A stretch of DNA of 64,000 nucleotides from positions 214,694 to 278,693 of the forward strand of contig JBKBOD010000005.1 of NCBI GenBank assembly GCA_046295055.1, written 5' to 3'. Position numbers and translations under genes: made by a program. The notes beneath the pieces are model-generated. The model did not search any database, was not told where the DNA came from, and was given only the letters and a program-made list of their open reading frames with translations. This document shows, piece after piece, positions 58,357 to 64,000 of the stretch (within the stretch, counting starts at the first letter, position 1; every line of letters begins with the position of its first letter). The stretch is from Caulobacter sp. (lineage in GTDB: Bacteria > Pseudomonadota > Alphaproteobacteria > Caulobacterales > Caulobacteraceae).

Positions 58357-59954
58357 GTTCGCGCGTCCGGCAGGACGACCTCGAACCGCGCGCCGATGAC
58401 CGCGCCGTCCGGGCCGGTGCGGTTGGTCGCCGTCAGGGCGCCGGCCTGGGCCTCGGCGATCTGGCGGGCGATCGACAGGCCAAGGCCGGAGTTGCCGCCG
58501 AAGGCCGCCCCCTTGGGCCGCGAGGTGTAGAACCGCTCGAAGATGGTCTCGAGGTTGTCCGGCGGAATGCCGGGGCCATCGTCCTCGACCGCCACCATGA
58601 CCCGGCCGCGCGTGCGCGACAGGATGACCCGCACCTCCCCGCCCGGCGGGCTGAAGGAGCGGGCGTTGTCGATCAGGTTGCGGAAGACCTGGCCCAGCGG
58701 CCCCTCGCGGCCGGGCACGACGAACCGCTCGCCCTCGGGCGCCTGGAGGCTGACGGTCGGCTCGCCCGGCCTGGCGGCGGCGTCATAGATCGACAGGATG
58801 TCGCCCAGCAGACGGGTCAGGTCGACGGGGCGGGGGGTGTCGCGGGCCAGCTCGGCGTCGAGGCGCGAGGCGTTGGAAATGTCGCCGATCAGCCGGTCCA
58901 GCCGGCCGACGTCCTGTTTCAGAATGCCCATCAGTCGCTCGCGCCCGGGGCCCTCGGGGACGATCTCGAGCGTTTCCACGGCCGAGCGGATCGAGGTCAG
59001 GGGATTGCGGATCTCGTGGGCCACGTCGGCGGCGAAGCGTTCGATGGCGTCCATGCGGTTGGACAGGGTGTCGGTCATCTCCTCGAGCGAGCGCGACAGG
59101 TCGCCGATCTCGTCCTGGCGACGCGACAGGTCGGGCAGGGAGATGGCTCGCGCCCGCGACATCCGCACCCGGTCGGCGGCCTCGGCCAGCCGCAGCATGG
59201 GCCGCGCGACGAGGAAGTAGAGAAGGAAGGACGACAGGAGGGTCACGCCGATGGCGATCATCACGAAGGGCAGGAGGGCGCGGCGCTCGGCGGCGATGAT
59301 CTCGTCGACGTCGCCCGCTTCCAGGGTCAGAACGCCCAGCACCGCCTTGACCCGCTGGACCGGCAGCGAGACCGAGACCACCTGGGAGCCGTTCTCCGCG
59401 GTCCGGGTGCCGCGCACGGCCTCGCCGGTCATGGCCAGCCGGATTTCCTGGTCGAGGTCGCGGCGGGCTTCGGCGAGGTGGCTGGGCCGGGCGTCGCGAT
59501 CCTGGAGCCGGACCTGCGGCTGGCCCTGTTTGCGCGCCGGCGGCAGAACCTGCCACTCGACGCGGTCGTCGACGATGTAGCTGTCGGCGATCAGCCGGCC
59601 CTCGCGGTCGAACAGGCGCACCCGCTGGCCCGGCGGGACGTTGACGAAGTCCAGCATCCGCACGGCGCGGTCCTGCTGCAGGTAGGGAACAGGGTCGCCG
59701 ACGGTGGCGCCCTCGGCCATCAGCTGGCTGATCAGCTCGCCCTGCAGCATCAGGCTGTCCAGCCGCGCCTCGACCAGTCCGCGCCGGATCTCGTTCAGCA
59801 CCAGGGCGCCGGAGATCAGGATGGCGAGGCCAAGCAGGTTCAGCCCGAGGATCAGCCGCCCCAGCCGCGATCCGCGCGGCCACAGCCGCCAGCGCCAGCG
59901 CCGGGGCTCGCGCGGTCCGGGATCAGGACTCGCGGTAGCGGTAGCCGACGCCAT
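58353..59954 (-). CDS. chvG: sensor histidine kinase ChvG/ExoS-type
   Basis: Two TM segments flank a periplasmic domain, followed by HAMP, the H-box [16 protein letters not shown] and the HATPase motifs (DDGPGIP, GLGLSI). Position downstream of chvI supports the call. The only plausible in-frame start (ATG 59954) overlaps chvI by 32 nt. Confidence 0.85.
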   Translation of the reverse strand: MASATATASPDPGPREPRRWRWRLWPRGSRLGRLILGLNLLGLAILISGALVLNEIRRGLVEARLDSLMLQGELISQLMAEGATVGDPVPYLQQDRAVRMLDFVNVPPGQRVRLFDREGRLIADSYIVDDRVEWQVLPPARKQGQPQVRLQDRDARPSHLAEARRDLDQEIRLAMTGEAVRGTRTAENGSQVVSVSLPVQRVKAVLGVLTLEAGDVDEIIAAERRALLPFVMIAIGVTLLSSFLLYFLVARPMLRLAEAADRVRMSRARAISLPDLSRRQDEIGDLSRSLEEMTDTLSNRMDAIERFAADVAHEIRNPLTSIRSAVETLEIVPEGPGRERLMGILKQDVGRLDRLIGDISNASRLDAELARDTPRPVDLTRLLGDILSIYDAAARPGEPTVSLQAPEGERFVVPGREGPLGQVFRNLIDNARSFSPPGGEVRVILSRTRGRVMVAVEDDGPGIPPDNLETIFERFYTSRPKGAAFGGNSGLGLSIARQIAEAQAGALTATNRTGPDGAVIGARFEVVLPDART

Positions 59955-60633
59955 ACAGGGTCTCGATCGCGTCGAACTCGTTGTCCACCTGGCGGAATTT
60001 CTTGCGCATCCGCTTGATGTGGCTGTCGATGGTGCGGTCGTCGACATAGACCTGGTCGTCGTAGGCGGCGTCCATCAGGTTATCGCGGCTCTTCACGAAG
60101 CCCGGGCGCTGGGCCAGGGCCTGCAGCAGCAGGAACTCGGTGACGGTCAGCCGGACGGGGCGGCCGTCCCACAGGCTCTCGTGCCGCTCGGGGTCGAGCG
60201 TCAGCTTGCCGCGCTTCATCACCTTGGCGCCGCTGGCGGCCGGACCGCCGGCGAGCTCGTCGGCGCTCTCGGGGGCGGCCCGGCGCAGCACCGCCTTGAC
60301 CCGCTCCAGCAGCAGCCGCTGGCTGAACGGCTTGTGCATGTAGTCGTCGGCGCCGAGGTTGAAGCCGAGGATCTCGTCGATCTCGTCGTCCTTGCTGGTC
60401 AGCATGATGACCGGGATCTCGCTGGTCTGGCGCAGGCGGCGCAGCAGCTCCATGCCGTCCATGCGCGGCATCTTCACATCGAGGATGGCCAGGTCCGGCG
60501 GATCGCTCTGCAGCGCCTCCAGGCCCGAAGCGCCGTCGTAGTAGGCCTTCACCGAATGGCCGTGGCTTTCCAGCGCCAGGGAGACCGAGGCGACGATGTT
60601 CTCGTCGTCGTCCACGAGGGTGATGTTCGCCAT
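59923..60633 (-). CDS. chvI: OmpR-family response regulator ChvI
   Basis: A receiver domain ([10 protein letters not shown]...[13 protein letters not shown]) with a winged-helix output domain ([12 protein letters not shown]..., [20 protein letters not shown]). Confidence 0.9.
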   Translation of the reverse strand: MANITLVDDDENIVASVSLALESHGHSVKAYYDGASGLEALQSDPPDLAILDVKMPRMDGMELLRRLRQTSEIPVIMLTSKDDEIDEILGFNLGADDYMHKPFSQRLLLERVKAVLRRAAPESADELAGGPAASGAKVMKRGKLTLDPERHESLWDGRPVRLTVTEFLLLQALAQRPGFVKSRDNLMDAAYDDQVYVDDRTIDSHIKRMRKKFRQVDNEFDAIETLYGVGYRYRES

Positions 60634-60856
60634 GGTGTCCTTCGTTCCGGGTCGCCGCGCGTCGCGGGCCCAAATCTCATCAATCGTGCGTCGGGGGAAG
60701 GTAGCGCCCCCTGCGCCCAGTGCAACGCATGGCGCCCGCAGATGGCGCATTGGGCGCGGGAATAGGGCGTCATCGGGGCGGTTTGCGACGCCCCGGAAAC
60801 CTCAACACCGTTTTAAGCCTACGCTGTTATGCCAGATCGGGGAGGCCCTCGCACCG

Positions 60857-62569
60857 ATGGACCGCGGCCAGATTCACTACGAGCTCTTCGTGCGCCGCCA
60901 GCCCGGCTCGGGCTGGGTGCTCGATCTCGCCAGCGAGGACCGCGCGCGCATCCTCGAGACGGCCGAGGAGCTGCTGGCCAACGGGGTGGTCGCGGCGGTG
61001 CGGGTGACCAAGGAAGTCCTAGACCCGGAGACCCGCGAGTTCCGGTCGGTGACGATCCTCAACAAGGGCGCGCCCGAGCGGGGCAAGGCCCGCAAGGCGC
61101 TGGAGCAGCGCGACCCGCTGTGCGTGAGCCCGCAGGACCTCTACACCATCCACGCCCGCGAGCGGATCGGCCGCCTGCTGGACGGCTGGCTGGCGCGGCA
61201 TCGCGCGACCCCCTACGAGCTGCTGCACCGGGCGGACCTGGCCGAGCGGCTGGACGCGGCCGGCGTCGAACTGCAGCACGCGGTGCAGAAGGTGGCCGTG
61301 CCCGAGGCCCAGGCCCGGGGCGTCGTCGTCCACGAGATCATCCGGTCGTTCCAGAGCCTGATCGAGCGCACGATCCAGCGGCTGCTGAAGGACCATCGCC
61401 GGGGCGCCTTCCCCGACTTCGCGCGCGAGCCGTTCGCCGCCGCCGTGGCGCGGCTGTCGGGCGAGCCGGAGCGGGCCTATCTGCTGGGCGGCGGGGTGGC
61501 GGCGCATCTGGCAGGGTGCGCCACCTGGGCCGAGAAGATCGACCGCCTGCTCGACCTGGCCGACGCCGCGCCGGACGATCCGGCCGCCCGCGCCGTCGCG
61601 CTGGGGGTCATCGAGCCGCTGCTGGTCGAGATCGTCGGCGGCCGGGCCGGTCTGGCGGACCTGCTGGGCGCGGAACTCGACAGCGGCGACATGCTGGCGG
61701 CGATCACCCGCCTGGCCGGGGCCCGGCCGGTGGAGATGGTCATCAGCATCGAGCCTTCGGTGGCGCGGGTCATGCCGCCGCTGCCGGAAGCGGCGTGCCG
61801 CCTCGCCGGCTGGCTGGAAGGGCCCGGCTTCGACAATGTGCGGGCCGCCCTGGCCCAGCGGGTGCTGCGCGAACTGATGGGGCCGCGCCGGCTGAAACCA
61901 GGCGACCCGGAGGGTGAGATCGCCGTGCTGCGGGGGCTGGCCATGGCGCTGACCGCCGCCGACGGCCGCATCCTGGCGCTGGACGACATCCATGCGGCCT
62001 TTTCGGCCCGCTCGGGGCTGCTGGTGGCCAGCGACTTCGTCGAGGCGCTGCTGGGCGAGCACCGCAGCGCCCGGGAAGAGGTGGAGCTGCTGGTCCGGCT
62101 GGCCGAGAACGTCACCGGCGGGGCCAACAAGCGACAGGCGGCCCGCTGGCTGGCGGCCAACATCTCGGCGCTGAAGTTCGAGAAGGAGCTGCGCGACGGA
62201 CCCGACACCCCGCCCGCACGCCTGGCCATGCTGGCCGAGCTGCAGCGGGCGGTCGGCCGCGCCGGCCTGGCCGAGGAGGACTGCGCCAACCTGCAGGCCC
62301 GGCTGGGCGACCTGGGCGGGCAGATCGAGGCGGACAGCCGGCTCGTCACCCTGCTGGCCCGCGCCCAGGCGCCGGTCGTGCACCGCCTGGGCCTGCTGCT
62401 GCGGCTGGCGGTCGGCGAGGCCGCCCCGCTGGGGCCGGCGGCCGACCGCGCGAGAGCCGAGGCGCTGAAGCTGGCCCGCTCGGGCGAGCTGCGCGAGGAA
62501 GTCTCCCGCTCGCCGGAAGCGGCGGGCAGGGTGCGGGACCTGCTGCAGAAATCCGGCCTGGCGGCTTGA
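60857..62569 (+). CDS. large uncharacterised Ala/Leu/Arg-rich protein (570 aa)
   Basis: Long ORF with ggggagg upstream of the ATG and no TM or signal peptide. I recognise no family. It is divergent from chvI. Confidence 0.6.
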   Translation: MDRGQIHYELFVRRQPGSGWVLDLASEDRARILETAEELLANGVVAAVRVTKEVLDPETREFRSVTILNKGAPERGKARKALEQRDPLCVSPQDLYTIHARERIGRLLDGWLARHRATPYELLHRADLAERLDAAGVELQHAVQKVAVPEAQARGVVVHEIIRSFQSLIERTIQRLLKDHRRGAFPDFAREPFAAAVARLSGEPERAYLLGGGVAAHLAGCATWAEKIDRLLDLADAAPDDPAARAVALGVIEPLLVEIVGGRAGLADLLGAELDSGDMLAAITRLAGARPVEMVISIEPSVARVMPPLPEAACRLAGWLEGPGFDNVRAALAQRVLRELMGPRRLKPGDPEGEIAVLRGLAMALTAADGRILALDDIHAAFSARSGLLVASDFVEALLGEHRSAREEVELLVRLAENVTGGANKRQAARWLAANISALKFEKELRDGPDTPPARLAMLAELQRAVGRAGLAEEDCANLQARLGDLGGQIEADSRLVTLLARAQAPVVHRLGLLLRLAVGEAAPLGPAADRARAEALKLARSGELREEVSRSPEAAGRVRDLLQKSGLAA

Positions 62570-62589
62570 CGTTGCGGTGACGGGCCGGG

Positions 62590-62886
62590 GTAGTCCCCCT
62601 CCACCCCGCGCGTATCCGCGCGCGGTCCCCCTCCCCCCGTTCGCCCGCTTTCGCGGGCGGGGGAGGATCTTCAGTGTTGGTGGCCGCACAGGTGAAAAGA
62701 TGCTCCCCCGCTGCGAAGCAGCGAACCGGGGGAGCTGGCGGTCGCGCAGCGACCGTCTGAGGGGGCTTCCCACCGTGCGTCCTTCGACACGCGCTCCGCG
62801 CTGCTCAGGATGACGGGCTTGGGTGGGCGCCTGGCCTCCACGTCATGCTGAGCAGCGGCCAGCGGCCGCGTGTCGAAGCACGCACC
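62590..62886 (+). repeat. mosaic intergenic repeat, copy C (three hairpin modules)
   Basis: The modules are (i) ccccctccacc...gcgggcgggggaggatcttcag, (ii) gatgctcccccgctgcgaagcagcgaaccgggggagctg...ctgagggggcttcccacc, and (iii) 62776-62886, which equals copy A. Confidence 0.85.
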
Positions 62887-62908
62887 TCGATCGAGCGGAG
62901 CCCCATAG

Positions 62909-62942
62909 CAAAAGGCCCCGGAGTTTCCTCCGGGGCCTTCGC
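62909..62942 (-). terminator. intrinsic terminator after the ompA-like gene
   Basis: aaggccccgga-gtttc-ctccggggcctt. Read on the minus strand, it is followed by ttttgct. Confidence 0.75.
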
Positions 62943-62962
62943 TTAGTCTCGTCGGATCAGGA

Positions 62963-64000
62963 TCAGAAGCTGATCGAGATCGTCGAACGGCGGTTCAGGG
63001 GTTCCTTGACGCCGTCGCCGGTGGCGACCGCGGGTTCGGCTTCACCCTTCCAGTCGACCGACAGGGTCGAGCTGTTCACGCCCAGACCGACCAGAGCGTC
63101 AGCGACGGCCTTGGCGCGGCGCTGCGACAGGCCGACGTTGTAGCGGGCCGAACCGGAGGTGTCGGCGTGACCGACGACCACGATGCGGCTGGCGCCACCG
63201 GCGGCCGCGTACTGCGCGGCTTCCGAAACGACCTGCTGGGCTTCCGGCGTCAGGATCGACTGATCGAACGGGAAGTAGACGATGAAGTCGCGGGCTTCGT
63301 ACACCGGAGCCGGCGGCGGGGCCGGCGGGGCCGGCGGCGGAGCCGGGGGCGGCGGGGGCGGCTCGGGCTGCGGCGGGGGCGGCGGCGGCGGGGCCGCGGT
63401 CGCGAAGCTGTAGCGCAGGCCGAAGGTCAGCGACTGGTCTTCATAGGTGCCGTTGAACTCGCCCGGGAAGGGGAGGAGCAGCGGGTTCGCGGTGGTTTGC
63501 GAGGCGAAGACGATGTCGTTGCCGTCCAGGTAGCGGTAGGTGATGTCGGCCGTCAGGCGATCGGTGATGTCGAAGGCGACGCCACCGATGAACTGCCAGG
63601 CGAAGGCGACGTCATCGCCCTTGAACCGGACAGCGCCGACACCCGCCGGCGACTCGAAGCGGCCGCCGATGTCCAGTTCCACCTTGTTGACGCCGATGCC
63701 GGCGCCGATGAACGGACGGAAGCTGCTGTTCGGGAAGAAGTCGTACAGGACGTTGGCCATCAGCGTGTAGGACTCGACCGAGCCGTCCGGCGTCGGGCAG
63801 CTGCCCGGAGCGCTGGTGACCAGGCAGATCTCGCTGGGCACGCCGACGCGGGTGGCGCCGGTGATGCTCTCGATGTCGCCGGTGCGGGCGCCGCCTTCCA
63901 GTTCAACCCGCCAGTTGGGGGAGACCTGGTAGCCGAGGCGGACGAAGCCGGCCCAGCTGTTTTCCTGTTCGAAGTTGTAGCGGTAACGCGCGCCATCGAG
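62963..64000 (-). CDS. OmpA-family outer membrane protein, 5' end beyond the window edge
   Basis: The frame is open to position 64000 (LDGARYRYNFEQENSWAGFVRLGYQV...). It has a beta-barrel-type N-domain, a long Pro-rich linker (PPPPPPPQPEPPPPPAPPPAPPAPPPAP) and an OmpA_C domain (VGHADTSGSARYNVGLSQRRAKAV). Confidence 0.85.
   Translation of the reverse strand, partial: LDGARYRYNFEQENSWAGFVRLGYQVSPNWRVELEGGARTGDIESITGATRVGVPSEICLVTSAPGSCPTPDGSVESYTLMANVLYDFFPNSSFRPFIGAGIGVNKVELDIGGRFESPAGVGAVRFKGDDVAFAWQFIGGVAFDITDRLTADITYRYLDGNDIVFASQTTANPLLLPFPGEFNGTYEDQSLTFGLRYSFATAAPPPPPPPQPEPPPPPPAPPPAPPAPPPAPVYEARDFIVYFPFDQSILTPEAQQVVSEAAQYAAAGGASRIVVVGHADTSGSARYNVGLSQRRAKAVADALVGLGVNSSTLSVDWKGEAEPAVATGDGVKEPLNRRSTISISF

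Noticed and set aside
60700-60760. Direct repeats ATGGCGC...ATGGCGC in the chvI upstream region, considered as a possible ChvI (OmpR-family) binding site or a ChvR-like sRNA gene.
   Set aside because: The repeat spacing is 13 nt, not about 10-11 nt. No terminator or defined hairpin follows, and I do not know a validated ChvI consensus well enough to support the call.

Overview
Visibly very GC-rich alphaproteobacterial chromosome, Caulobacterales-like by gene order (sigT-nepR/phyR/phyK, chvIG-hprK-EIIA-NPr, dnaN-recF-gyrB, hrcA-grpE/rph). I found no rRNA, tRNA, CRISPR array, transposase or integrase. Most of the window is core housekeeping: mutS (3' end), glnD, murJ, rho, cysQ, mutM, recQ, gyrB, recF, dnaN, grpE, hrcA, rph, tesA-ybbA-ybbP-like, acnA, ccmABCDG, the PTS-Ntr genes and chvIG. 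Small accessory insertions include FicTA, VapBC, a GIY-YIG cassette, a P450 and a Rieske oxygenase.

Worth a second look:
1. The dnaN-recF spacer is expanded to about 1.1 kb. It holds a diverged, frameshifted second copy of the recF 5' end, an orphan secreted-protein ORF, and a GIY-YIG nuclease gene bracketed by inverted hairpin units.
2. A general-stress-response (GSR) island at about 16.3-24.1 kb carries six perfect GGAAC-N16/17-CGTT (EcfG-type) promoter motifs. One sits in front of an unannotated entericidin-like mini-lipoprotein, and one in front of a non-coding, GsrN-like structured RNA with a C8 tract.
3. A second candidate sRNA (about 48.3-48.47 kb) contains an exact CCUCCUCCC motif and a strong intrinsic terminator.
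4. A perfect CtrA-type TTAA-N7-TTAAC box overlaps the ccmG stop codon, upstream of a small Pro/Ala-rich ORF.
5. A mosaic intergenic repeat family has three copies, all in convergent 3'-3' spacers.

All calls come from reading the sequence and the ORF track. No database search was run. Start codons were chosen by eye (N-terminal sequence, RBS, overlap logic) and may be off by a few codons. Many long ORFs in the track are antisense artefacts of high GC and were discarded.
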